From a virus, in the IMG/VR virus record IMGVR_UViG_3300045988_118522, positions 1 to 37,698 of that record: DNA of 37,698 bases; one strand, given 5' to 3'. Numbering within the stretch: position 1 is the first letter of the stretch; every line of letters starts with the position of its first letter. The translations under genes and the position numbers were made by a program. Below the pieces are notes generated by a model. The model made no database searches, was not told where the DNA came from, and was given only the letters and a program-made list of their open reading frames with translations. This document shows positions 7,544 to 15,982 of the stretch, piece by piece.

Positions 7544-8785
7544 TTATCTTTCCCCGATGAGGTTTGTCTGCCCCAGATAACGGAGCTTTGTGACGCATGC
7601 GTAGTTGATTGCATCCATGAGGTGGTCGTTGCCGTCCTGCGGTATGTTTAGATAGCGGCTCCGGTCTTTCGGGTCCGGCTTCCAGGAGTAGCGGTCGGCC
7701 TCCGATTTTATGTGCTCGCCGGCATATCTGACCGCGAAATACTGAAGGTAGGCGATTCTCCCTTCCTTGTTGCGGTTGTCAGCCGGCATGGCGCACAGGT
7801 TGTTCATCCGCAGCTCTCCGATGTGCTCAGGGCGTGCAGGGTCGCAGTATATGTCCGCCTCTTTGCTCACTCCCCACGCCTCCATGTCCTCGTAAATTAT
7901 GCGCGAAATGTGCCCGGCGAGAAGCCCCTTCTGATAGCACACCTCGCGCAGGTAGATAGTCTTTGTTTCGATGTCGTAGGCGCAGCAGACGACGGCCGTT
8001 GGGTTGTTAGAATAGCCCCAGTCAATGCCGTAGAAGCAGGGGAGATGCCGGGGAAAGTCTGACAGGCTGATTTGCTTCCAGTCCTTGTAGATGATACCCT
8101 CCGACAATGTCGCCCATTCTCCGAGCCAGATGTTGCTGTACTTGGCATAATCAGCGAGGCGCATCTTCTCCGCCTGTCGGAGCAGTGACGGGTCGAGATT
8201 TTGCTTGTTGCCGAGGTATGTTGTGGATATGTAGCGGACATCGTCAATTACGCCATTAAAGCCTTCAGGCACATTCTTGTAAAACCGCTCGTATATCCAT
8301 GAATGGACATCCGTAGGATTGAAGGACAAAATAATTTGGTTAGGTGCTTCGCGAGTTCGGACGGAGAAGTCAATAGCGTCGAAAAGACTAGAGTCGGTCA
8401 GTTCCTGAGCCTCGTCTAGCACCCATGTCTTTACGCCATGCAGTGATTTCAGTTTTGCGACCTGATTGCCGGATGATGCCATCAGACCTCGGAAGATGAT
8501 TTTTGCGCCGGTTGACAAATTGACGATGTCTGTCGCCCTTGTCCTGAAGTGCTCCTCTATTTGCAGCGCTGTAACCTTGTCTCTGAATTCAGGGATGATA
8601 GAATCTTCCGCCGATGTCATTGTGTAGCGCGTGAACAGGATGTTCAACGGGTCGCGATATGTGCTCAGGCAAAGAGCAGTATTGACAGCATACGACTTGC
8701 CGGAACCTCGGCCACCCTTCACGAGTGTATAGCGAGTGTCCGGCATTGCGCGAAACAATGGTTTGTATTTTGGCGAGAACAGCAT
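7544..8785 (-). CDS. terL: Terminase large subunit (PBSX/Terminase_3-like)
   Basis: Walker A motif GGRGSGKS near the N-terminus, 413 aa, nuclease-like C-terminal half, upstream of the portal gene. Confidence 0.9.
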   Translation of the reverse strand: MLFSPKYKPLFRAMPDTRYTLVKGGRGSGKSYAVNTALCLSTYRDPLNILFTRYTMTSAEDSIIPEFRDKVTALQIEEHFRTRATDIVNLSTGAKIIFRGLMASSGNQVAKLKSLHGVKTWVLDEAQELTDSSLFDAIDFSVRTREAPNQIILSFNPTDVHSWIYERFYKNVPEGFNGVIDDVRYISTTYLGNKQNLDPSLLRQAEKMRLADYAKYSNIWLGEWATLSEGIIYKDWKQISLSDFPRHLPCFYGIDWGYSNNPTAVVCCAYDIETKTIYLREVCYQKGLLAGHISRIIYEDMEAWGVSKEADIYCDPARPEHIGELRMNNLCAMPADNRNKEGRIAYLQYFAVRYAGEHIKSEADRYSWKPDPKDRSRYLNIPQDGNDHLMDAINYACVTKLRYLGQTNLIGER

Positions 8786-9189
8786 TATTCCTCCTGCTCT
8801 ATCTCATCATCTTCTTCGCCGAAGTAGATGGCCGGCGGCTGCGCGTCTCGGAGCGTAGTCTCAGCCTGCACCTTCTGCGTGGCCTTTCCATCGAGCCGGT
8901 CGATGATTGCCTCGATGGTGAGGCTCTTTCCGGCTTGTATTTCCTTAATCAGAGCAGAGAGGTATCCGACGGCCATTATCGGAAGTTCCGGGTTCTTCAG
9001 CATCTCCTGTGCCTCCTGCTTGTTCGCCATGATGATGTTTTCGAGCAGTCCGGTTATGTCCTCGTGGCTCAGCCCGATTGCCTTCAGTTTCTTCAGGATG
9101 CTCGGCTTCCTGCCTTTCTTCCGAGGCTGGTTCGTGCTGCTGAACTGAGTTGCTATCCCTTTCTTGTAGAGTTCCTTGTCGCCTGCCAT
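8785..9189 (-). CDS. Putative terminase small subunit
   Basis: 134 aa with a basic N-terminus and acidic tail. Its stop overlaps the terL start (TAATG). Confidence 0.5.
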   Translation of the reverse strand: MAGDKELYKKGIATQFSSTNQPRKKGRKPSILKKLKAIGLSHEDITGLLENIIMANKQEAQEMLKNPELPIMAVGYLSALIKEIQAGKSLTIEAIIDRLDGKATQKVQAETTLRDAQPPAIYFGEEDDEIEQEE

Positions 9190-9201
9190 AAGCCCCTCCG
9201 T

Positions 9202-9447
9202 TTAACCACCGATTGCGGTGGTGTGACTGATTTCGATTGCGAATCTGATTCTCTCGATAGTGTCGTAGCGCACGGGAATCTCGTTTGCGACCTTCCTGAT
9301 GGTCCTCCAGTCGAGGCCCGTGAGCTTCGCTATCTCATAGTATGACATGCCGCACCCCCGGACCTCGTCCGCGAGTTGCCGCAACCGCTCGTCGCAATGC
9401 GCGATGAACTGGTCTTCCGTAATGTTCAGTCTTTGATTCATAATCAC
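9202..9447 (-). CDS. Small HTH DNA-binding protein
   Basis: 81 aa; the segment MSYYEIAKLTGLDWRTIRKV looks like a helix-turn-helix. Confidence 0.5.
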   Translation of the reverse strand: MIMNQRLNITEDQFIAHCDERLRQLADEVRGCGMSYYEIAKLTGLDWRTIRKVANEIPVRYDTIERIRFAIEISHTTAIGG

Positions 9448-9492
9448 CCCTTTGCTATTGTCCTAATTCCGTCAAAGTATTATACTTTTCTT

Positions 9493-10803
9493 TTATTCAA
9501 TTTTTTCTGCTTTCATGCCTGTAAACTTCTCCCATCGTGCTATTATGACGTCGCAATAGTGCGGGTCAAACTCCATCGTATAATTCTTCCGCCCGAGCTG
9601 CTCGCAAGCCATCATCGTGCTTCCGGAACCGCCGAACAAGTCAAGGACTATCTGACCTGGTCGAGAACTGTTGTGGATGAGTTGCCCGCAAAGCTCCAGC
9701 GGCTTCATCGTCGGATGCAGGTCATTCCTTAGCGGCTTGTCGGCATCTATGACATCTGTCGGCACCGGTGATGCAAGCATGTTCTTCAGCATCTCCTTCA
9801 GTTCATCCTTCTTCAGTTTGTCGACGTCAACATTGTCTTCAATGACTGTCGGATGGTTGAATTCGTCTCTGAACCAATGTCCTGCTCCTTGTTTCCACCC
9901 ATACAGGCAAGGCTCGTGCTTCCACTTGTAGTCCTGCCTGCCGAAAGTAAAACCATTCTTGTTCCAGATCAGCGTTTGCTTGACTTCGAGACTTCCTGTC
10001 TTGGCGACCGCCTCCCTGAAGTTAAGTTCTTCGCTATGCGAATACCAGATGTAGAAGGCTCCACCTGGCTTGAGAGCATTGGCGGCATTATTCATTGCGC
10101 CTGAAAGGAATTTCCTGAAGTCCTCCTTGGCCATGTTGTCATTCTGAATGGTCATTCCCTGCGAGTTGGAAACGTTGACATTATACGGCGGGTCAGTGAG
10201 CATCAGGTCAGCCTTTATTCCACCCCCCCCCATCAACTTTCTTACATCCTCTTCTGAGGTAGAATCCCCACACATGAGCGTATGCTCGCCGAGCTGCCAA
10301 AGGTCGCATTTCGCACAGCGTGCCGGAATTTCCTCTTTCTCCTCATCAAAGTCATCTTCCTTTGCCTTTTCTTCAGCCTCCTTGATGCTGTCCTGCCACT
10401 CCGGAGGTATCGGCACACCCCAGCCTTCCAAGTCCATGTCGCTCCATTCATTCGCCAGCGCGTCAAAATCCCAGTCACCCATCGAGACGTTATCCTTCGC
10501 CACGATCTGCTTCTTCTTCAGGATGGAGGTTCCCTCCGGCACGACATAGCACGGCAGCTCGGACATGCCCAGAGCCTTGCACGCCGCATAGCGCATGTTT
10601 CCGCCGAGGCAGACATACTTGCCCTCGTGGTAGTCGACGATGCAGCCGCGCGCCTCCAGCAGCTCCGGAGTCTCCTCGATGGATGCCTTCAGATTGTCGA
10701 GCTGCGCCTTGGTCCACTGCCTAGGGTTGGACGGCAGTCCGGCAATCTGTCCAGTATTCATCTCTATCAGATCAATGGCTATTCTTTGGTGTCCTGTTTT
10801 CAT
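9493..10803 (-). CDS. ParB-like nuclease domain fused to a DNA methyltransferase (N6-adenine or N4-cytosine, beta class)
   Basis: ParB-N-like N-terminus, DPPY motif (LMLTDPPYNV), and a C-terminal FGGSGST SAM-binding motif. Confidence 0.85.
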   Translation of the reverse strand: MKTGHQRIAIDLIEMNTGQIAGLPSNPRQWTKAQLDNLKASIEETPELLEARGCIVDYHEGKYVCLGGNMRYAACKALGMSELPCYVVPEGTSILKKKQIVAKDNVSMGDWDFDALANEWSDMDLEGWGVPIPPEWQDSIKEAEEKAKEDDFDEEKEEIPARCAKCDLWQLGEHTLMCGDSTSEEDVRKLMGGGGIKADLMLTDPPYNVNVSNSQGMTIQNDNMAKEDFRKFLSGAMNNAANALKPGGAFYIWYSHSEELNFREAVAKTGSLEVKQTLIWNKNGFTFGRQDYKWKHEPCLYGWKQGAGHWFRDEFNHPTVIEDNVDVDKLKKDELKEMLKNMLASPVPTDVIDADKPLRNDLHPTMKPLELCGQLIHNSSRPGQIVLDLFGGSGSTMMACEQLGRKNYTMEFDPHYCDVIIARWEKFTGMKAEKIE

Positions 10804-10832
10804 TTTTTGGTCGATTTCTTGGTTAATAATTA

Positions 10833-10840
10833 CAAAGTTA
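10833..10840 (-). promoter_or_regulatory. Candidate -7 promoter box upstream of the methylase/packaging genes
   Basis: The minus strand reads TAACTTTG (TAnnTTTG) about 30 nt upstream of the ATG at 10803. Two GTAAGT copies lie at 10848 and 10857. Confidence 0.35.
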
Positions 10841-10872
10841 ACAAAAAGTAAGTAAAGTAAGTTAATTGAAGC

Positions 10873-11328
10873 TTAACCGTTTACGATAAGATAGTCCTTT
10901 ATTGTCTCGCGGAACTGGTCGAAAGAACGAATGACCACATACCTGTACCCTTGTTCTTCGACGCGCTTCTGGTAGTCCTTCTGACTGTCCTGCTGCCGCC
11001 CCGTGCGCGTCTTCAGCTCGAGCATGAGCGCATGGTAGCCTTTCGCCGCAACCAGCAGTATCAGGTCCGGAAAGCCTGCCTGTGTCCCCATCTGCTTGAA
11101 CCTGGCGCCTTCGCGTGCGTCACGCCGTCCGCCGTTGGGGGAGTGGTGCAGGAGCCTTGCGAGCTTCGGGAACTGAAGACGGAACCATCGCACGCACTGC
11201 ATCTGAAGGTCATCCTCGTCATGCCCCTGGCGCTTCCGCGTTTTGCCGGTGACACCTTGCTGCCACGCAGCAAGAGCTTTCAATGCCTCGTCATAGCCCA
11301 TCCTTCTACCTCTTGTTTCTCTTTTCAT
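10873..11328 (-). CDS. VRR-NUC domain nuclease
   Basis: Pattern HSPNGG...GFPDLILL...LELK...Q..Y is characteristic of VRR-NUC. Confidence 0.85.
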   Translation of the reverse strand: MKRETRGRRMGYDEALKALAAWQQGVTGKTRKRQGHDEDDLQMQCVRWFRLQFPKLARLLHHSPNGGRRDAREGARFKQMGTQAGFPDLILLVAAKGYHALMLELKTRTGRQQDSQKDYQKRVEEQGYRYVVIRSFDQFRETIKDYLIVNG

Positions 11329-11338
11329 GATATTTCAA

Positions 11339-11548
11339 TTATTCTTTTAATAATTCGACAATCAGGCACATGGCAACCAGCATCACCATGCAGATAATGA
11401 CGGACGCCGCCATGCCGCGTGCAGATTTTCTTATACAATCCTTTGTTTTAGGATCATCATCCATCGTGCAGCCCACGACAACGACAATTGCGACGAATCC
11501 GGCGCATACTGACACGATTTTCATCAAGTCCTCACAAAGCTGAATCAT
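11339..11548 (-). CDS. Small membrane protein
   Basis: 69 aa with two hydrophobic segments. Confidence 0.5.
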   Translation of the reverse strand: MIQLCEDLMKIVSVCAGFVAIVVVVGCTMDDDPKTKDCIRKSARGMAASVIICMVMLVAMCLIVELLKE

Positions 11549-11554
11549 AGTGCC

Positions 11555-11743
11555 TCAAATTTCAAAAATGTTTCCAATGATTTTGGCGGGAGCATTCAAC
11601 CGAAGAAAGAATATTGCGCTGTCCTTGTCGTGGTATGTGCGATTTCCGCTGAAATTTAGCCACCAAAACAACACTCTGTATTGTGGGATATAGATTGTCT
11701 CACCAAGGCTGTTTTCTGCCTTTATAACTCTATATTTCATCAT
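11555..11743 (-). CDS. Hypothetical protein
   Basis: 62-aa ORF on the same strand, tightly packed with its neighbours. Confidence 0.45.
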   Translation of the reverse strand: MMKYRVIKAENSLGETIYIPQYRVLFWWLNFSGNRTYHDKDSAIFFLRLNAPAKIIGNIFEI

Positions 11744-11891
11744 GATAATTGTCTGATTCGTATTTAAGTATTAGGCACCATGATGATGCTAGTGCCACAT
11801 TGTTAAAAACATTCGTCCAGTCCTTGCTTATCACACAAGTTACGGCGGATATTACATTCATTACAATTACAAGAATGCAAATTGTTTTCAT
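11730..11891 (-). CDS. Small membrane protein
   Basis: Start set at MKTICILVIV (11891), just after the upstream stop. One transmembrane segment. Confidence 0.45.
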   Translation of the reverse strand: MKTICILVIVMNVISAVTCVISKDWTNVFNNVALASSWCLILKYESDNYHDEI

Positions 11892-11898
11892 TTGAGTT

Positions 11899-12186
11899 TT
11901 ATTTATCATCTTCCAACGCTTTTTTGAAGGCGGCAAGACTGCCGCTTACTGATATTATCTCTCCGCCAGTCTTGTCGCTCGACACTTCGTTTAGCAAACG
12001 CTTAAACTGCCTCAGTTTTCGCTCGTAGAGAGCAAGCGCCCGTTCATTGGCCTTTCTCCTGCCTTGCTCGAAACATTTAACCCTGAAGCAGGCGTTTTTG
12101 TCCAATTTGTGCACTTCATATCCGCACCAGTCGATGTTGCAAAAATCACAAGCTGTCATGATATTTTCGATTTTAAGGCAGGGCAA
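11899..12186 (-). CDS. Hypothetical protein with Cys-rich N-terminus
   Basis: 95-aa ORF; an alternative start is at 12159 (MTACDFCNIDWCG). Confidence 0.5.
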   Translation of the reverse strand: MPCLKIENIMTACDFCNIDWCGYEVHKLDKNACFRVKCFEQGRRKANERALALYERKLRQFKRLLNEVSSDKTGGEIISVSGSLAAFKKALEDDK

Positions 12187-12200
12187 GCGCCCCGCCGTTG

Positions 12201-12728
12201 TTAGTAAAGGTAAAGAATGACCGGAACGGTCAAACTCGTCTCGTCAAAGCTGCTGCCGTAGGCAAAACCACCGCAGCCACCCGCAACCCAACTGCCGCTC
12301 TCGCTGATTCGGGAACAAGACCAAATGATGCCGGGGATGTCTCGGAGCAGGTCCGCTCCCTCGATTGTCTCCGCCAGTTTGTCGATGTCGTTCTTCTGGT
12401 TTTGGATTTCCAGAGCTGCCAGCAAGGTCGGCAATCCAAAGATGCTGTGTTTGTCAGAGCGGAAATTGCTGACATATTCAGCCGCAGGACTTCCGCACTT
12501 CAAGAGCGCTCCGGTTGCCCATTGATTGTCTTTCTTCTTCAGAGCCTCAATCTCGCTGGTTGCCTTTGCATCCCAAGACTTTATCTTATCATCAGGAAGC
12601 ATCACCTCTTCCGCGTACTTCGGATAGATGAGCGCCTTCTGCCCGTTCAACATGTCGATTTCAATGCCCTCGATACATTCGAGGCGGTTCTGGCCTTCAA
12701 GGCCCTTCTTGTAAATGATTCTTGCCAT
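12201..12728 (-). CDS. Hypothetical protein (C-terminus possibly DUF1566-like)
   Basis: 175 aa. The stretches FGLPTLLAALEI and IIWSCSRISESGSW weakly recall DUF1566. Confidence 0.55.
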   Translation of the reverse strand: MARIIYKKGLEGQNRLECIEGIEIDMLNGQKALIYPKYAEEVMLPDDKIKSWDAKATSEIEALKKKDNQWATGALLKCGSPAAEYVSNFRSDKHSIFGLPTLLAALEIQNQKNDIDKLAETIEGADLLRDIPGIIWSCSRISESGSWVAGGCGGFAYGSSFDETSLTVPVILYLY

Positions 12729-12733
12729 AATGA

Positions 12734-13126
12734 TTATAATTCTACGTTGTTTGCCAATTCCGTATATCCCCCAAGCCGCAAGAGCTGCTGCAGCTCGTGC
12801 ACATAGTGAACGTTTGCGCTTGGACCAGTTGGTGGATTAAATATCCTGATTGCGATGATGTAGCCATCTTCTCCGTCCTCATCGAGGATGCTGTTTCTTT
12901 CAGTCCAGTAGAGGATGTCTTCGTCAAAGTCGTTTTTCTTGAAGAACTCATCCGTCAGGAGAATAGGGCACGGACTACACTCCTTGTCTTCAAACTCCAT
13001 CCAGTCGTAGTCGTTTTCATCGTTTTTTTCGGCATAGGCGTAGGTATAGCCGACGGATATGACCTGCATAGGGAATCCGTTCTCATCGGCAATCCAGTCG
13101 CCGACCATTAGTTCATTGCATTTCAT
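12734..13126 (-). CDS. Hypothetical protein
   Basis: 130-aa acidic ORF on the same strand. Confidence 0.6.
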   Translation of the reverse strand: MKCNELMVGDWIADENGFPMQVISVGYTYAYAEKNDENDYDWMEFEDKECSPCPILLTDEFFKKNDFDEDILYWTERNSILDEDGEDGYIIAIRIFNPPTGPSANVHYVHELQQLLRLGGYTELANNVEL

Positions 13127-13494
13127 AATTTTTCAAAATAAAATTTACCATCCCATTTTTGCTCCGTCAGAATCCCGAACTTGAGCGCCAGCCGTGCTGC
13201 AAATGTTCGCTTGTAGTCAAGTTCCTTTGCAAGTCTCTTCCGGAATTGCTCGATCGTTGACATCCCCTTATAGAAGTTGCACATGCGGCAGGACGGGTTG
13301 TAATTCTCGATGCTGTCCTCTCCCACACCACCCAAGTGCCTTTCCGCCGTTGTCTCGTTGTTTCGGCACTTGGGCTTGATGTGGTCAACCTGCATATCCT
13401 TGTAGTCAATCTCGCAGCCACAATATGCGCAATGCCCGTTGTACTTCGCATAGACCGCTTGGCGGATAAAACCATTACTAACTTTCTTCGTCAT
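13123..13494 (-). CDS. HNH endonuclease
   Basis: CAYCG...DHIKP...N..PSCRMCN forms an HNH/zinc-finger motif. Confidence 0.85.
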   Translation of the reverse strand: MTKKVSNGFIRQAVYAKYNGHCAYCGCEIDYKDMQVDHIKPKCRNNETTAERHLGGVGEDSIENYNPSCRMCNFYKGMSTIEQFRKRLAKELDYKRTFAARLALKFGILTEQKWDGKFYFEKL

Positions 13495-14345
13495 TAGTCA
13501 AACAATGTATATTTTCCTAAGTTTTGCGGTACGCCCAAAATAAAGTCATATATAAAGTTCCTTGCGTAATCGCTTGAAATCATCGACCTTTCTTCTGAAC
13601 ATATCCCCGCCTTTATTCCGCTTTTCGCTGAATAGATGGTCTTTGGGTCTTTATCATCTTGCAATGTAAAGCCGTGTTTCGGTTCAAAGTTCACGAACCA
13701 AAATCCGGTAGGCTTCACGAAATAATCTCCACGTAATAGCCTGTTCTTGTCAATAATGGTCGGATTCTCGACAAAATTATTCGGCAGATAAGTAAGACCG
13801 CTCATTGGATTCTCAAATACCATCCTTATCCCTCTTTCCTTGACAACCGCAAATAACTTGATTGCAAGTCTATAAAAATGCTCTCTATTCGCAGAACGTT
13901 CAAGAATCTTATCCGTTTTTTCGTGGATGCTTAATTTTTGATAATTTTTATTGTTCCACGAAAACAAAATCATGCTATTCTGACAAAAGTAAATACAAGG
14001 GAAAAACGCCTTACAATATCTCCATCTTGCCCCCCCCAGGCTGTCCTAAAAGTCCTCGCGAGACTAAAATGCTCCGTACCTCTATACAAGGCCAAAGCGG
14101 ATTTTCGATTCTCACTGGGGAATGTTTGACTTTTCAGACAGTCTCCCCCTAATTTTGTCGAAAATGCTCGGTTCATAATTATATGCCTTTTCAATCTCGG
14201 CGAAAATGTCAATAACATTATCCGTTTGTCCGAAATTGTTTTGGATGTCATAGTCCTCGGCAGGAATACCAAGTTTAATAAACTCGTTCTTGAAAGTTCC
14301 GCTTTGCTCGAATAGGCAATGCGCGCGATTTATTCGAACTGCCAT
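13494..14345 (-). pseudogene. Disrupted C5-cytosine-methyltransferase-like gene (frame pattern A/B/A)
   Basis: The N-terminal part has CLFEQSGTF (motif I-like). The C-terminal part has AFFPCIYF and VFENP. Between about 14020 and 14150 the middle is open only in another frame, and frame A there has 4 stops (1 TGA, 3 TAG). Confidence 0.55.
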
Positions 14346-14347
14346 GG

Positions 14348-14737
14348 CTATTCCTCCCATCTGATTTGAATTGTGTCCACGACATAATCCGGACGCTCTG
14401 TCAACGCCTGCTCACGTGTCGGGTGGATAACACCACCCACGAGAGAGAAATGTTTGTCGTCTCCATACTTGCAGACGTTCATCCAGCCTACTTTTTTAAC
14501 TTTCGGTTCCGGCGCGAAGAATAAATCACATGGGCACGGCCCCTCATCCATCCAAAAGTATTCGCCATTTTCACTGAACTTCATTACTGCTTCACCTTCT
14601 TCATTCCGCACAAGAGCAACAATTGGTTCATCCTCATCGTCTCTATCCGTGCAAATAATCCTTACACTGTTGCCGTCTCTCGTGACAATCGGTCTGGTGG
14701 GGTTCTTGAGATATTCTGCCAAACTGAATTGTTCCAT
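14348..14737 (-). CDS. Hypothetical protein, paralog family A (copy 2)
   Basis: Shares EYLKNP..IVT.DG.S.RIICTDR..PIVALV...DLFFAPE..GW.NV...DTI.I.WEE with the gene at 15214..15588. Confidence 0.7.
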   Translation of the reverse strand: MEQFSLAEYLKNPTRPIVTRDGNSVRIICTDRDDEDEPIVALVRNEEGEAVMKFSENGEYFWMDEGPCPCDLFFAPEPKVKKVGWMNVCKYGDDKHFSLVGGVIHPTREQALTERPDYVVDTIQIRWEE

Positions 14738-14739
14738 AA

Positions 14740-14976
14740 CTATTCCTCCATTGCTTTTTGGAAATCTTCTATCATCTGTTCATCATCATACCAACAATTG
14801 TCATGCATTGAACTATCCTCATAGTAGTTCTGGGCATTCTCCTTTAACCACTTTACTGCCTTTTCAATCATCCATTTTGCTCCCTGAACAAAACCACTTT
14901 CATACAATCCATAACCTTCTTGCCATTCATGCGGTTCAAAAGGGCTAGAGGTGTTTGCTTTTTCTTCTATTGTCAT
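14740..14976 (-). CDS. Hypothetical protein, paralog family B (copy 2)
   Basis: Start at MTIEEK (14976), after the upstream stop. Shares GA.WM..IEKAV.W.K...F.KAMEE with the gene at 14978..15211. Confidence 0.6.
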   Translation of the reverse strand: MTIEEKANTSSPFEPHEWQEGYGLYESGFVQGAKWMIEKAVKWLKENAQNYYEDSSMHDNCWYDDEQMIEDFQKAMEE

Positions 14977-14977
14977 A

Positions 14978-15211
14978 TTATTCCTCCATTGCTTTTCTAA
15001 ACCTATTCTCGTAATCTTCAAACCAAGATATTCCTATCTCTTCCTTTTGACGCTTGAACCACTCGACAGCTTTTTCTATCAATTCTGATTTCATCCACTG
15101 TGCACCATCAATAAAAGCATCTTCGAGGTCACCTTCATCGACATCTCGATAGACTCCGAAGTATATTGACCTTTCATTCCTGTAATCTTTTGCTTTTGCA
15201 CTGATTTTCAT
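14978..15211 (-). CDS. Hypothetical protein, paralog family B (copy 1)
   Basis: Start at MKISAK (15211), 2 nt after the upstream TAA. Confidence 0.6.
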   Translation of the reverse strand: MKISAKAKDYRNERSIYFGVYRDVDEGDLEDAFIDGAQWMKSELIEKAVEWFKRQKEEIGISWFEDYENRFRKAMEE

Positions 15212-15213
15212 AA

Positions 15214-15588
15214 TTATTCCTCCCATTCTATCTTGATCGTGTCAAGAAGCCCTACGCCGCTGTAACCCGCAATCGCTTCTTCCTTTGTCGGATAGACCGC
15301 GCCCGTGTAGGTGATTTCCCCAGCGTTGCCTTGTGCTATCCGGCTGACATTAATCCAGCCTGTTTTCTTCTCCGGAGCAAAGAACAAATCCCTTGAGGAT
15401 GGGGCATCGTCGCCAAAATATTGGCCTTCTTTTGTATAACAGTTCACAGCAGCTGCTTCCCCTACGAGTGCCACTATGGGGTAATCAGGATTTCTGTCAG
15501 TGCAAATTATTCGTGCGCTTTCCCCGTCACTTGTTACAATCTTTTTTTGGGGATTCTTAAGATATTCTTGTAAGTCAAATTGTTTCAT
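15214..15588 (-). CDS. Hypothetical protein, paralog family A (copy 1)
   Basis: 124 aa; see the gene at 14348..14737. Confidence 0.7.
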   Translation of the reverse strand: MKQFDLQEYLKNPQKKIVTSDGESARIICTDRNPDYPIVALVGEAAAVNCYTKEGQYFGDDAPSSRDLFFAPEKKTGWINVSRIAQGNAGEITYTGAVYPTKEEAIAGYSGVGLLDTIKIEWEE

Positions 15589-15593
15589 AATCT

Positions 15594-15746
15594 CTATTCT
15601 TCAGGTTCAACTAATAAAATGTCGTCGTGACTGACGCGATAGTAATGTCTGACTGCATCGGCAGCATCTTCCGCAGACTCCGCCTCGACATAAGTTGTCG
15701 TTACATTGTCAAATCCGCTCTTTCTGAATGTTACTTTGTAGTTCAT
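15594..15746 (-). CDS. Small hypothetical protein (50 aa)
   Basis: Hand-translated as MNYKVTFRKSGFDNVTTTYVEAESAEDAADAVRHYYRVSHDDILLVEPEE*. An ATGA overlap links it to the upstream HTH gene. Confidence 0.4.
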   Translation of the reverse strand: MNYKVTFRKSGFDNVTTTYVEAESAEDAADAVRHYYRVSHDDILLVEPEE

Positions 15747-15979
15747 TTTTCTTTAGATTTTTCGATTATTTCGATTGTTTGCCACGTCATCCAGACGAGC
15801 GTCGGAATGCCGAACACCTTTTCAAGCTGCGCTGCGTATGCGGGAGTTATTTCCCTTTTGCCCGTGCACAGCGCATTGAACGTCGGAGGACATATCTTCG
15901 CCTCATTAGCTGCCTGCACCTGTGTCTTCCCGCTGAAGATGATGGCTTTCTGCAGAAAATCATTTAGTTTCATTGCCAT
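15743..15979 (-). CDS. XRE-family HTH protein (HigA/VapI-like)
   Basis: 78 aa; GKTQVQAANEAKICPPTFNALCTGKREITPAYAAQLEKVFG is an HTH_3-like segment. Confidence 0.7.
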   Translation of the reverse strand: MAMKLNDFLQKAIIFSGKTQVQAANEAKICPPTFNALCTGKREITPAYAAQLEKVFGIPTLVWMTWQTIEIIEKSKEK

Positions 15980-15982
15980 AAT

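Noticed and set aside
10282-10851. 189-aa plus-strand ORF, and the 202-aa plus-strand ORF at 12198..12806.
   Set aside because: They are antisense to the ParB-methyltransferase gene and to the 175-aa minus-strand gene respectively. The minus-strand products show the recognisable motifs or operon context.
13974-14150. Small intron, MITE-like insertion or stop-codon reassignment as the explanation for four in-frame stops between the two halves of the methyltransferase-like gene.
   Set aside because: Both TGA and TAG occur in the gap, while the rest of the genome reads cleanly in the standard code. The segment is too short for group I or II introns. It is fully open in a second frame whose end (..WGGQDGDIV) leads naturally into the AFFPC motif. 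Two compensating frameshifts explain it better.
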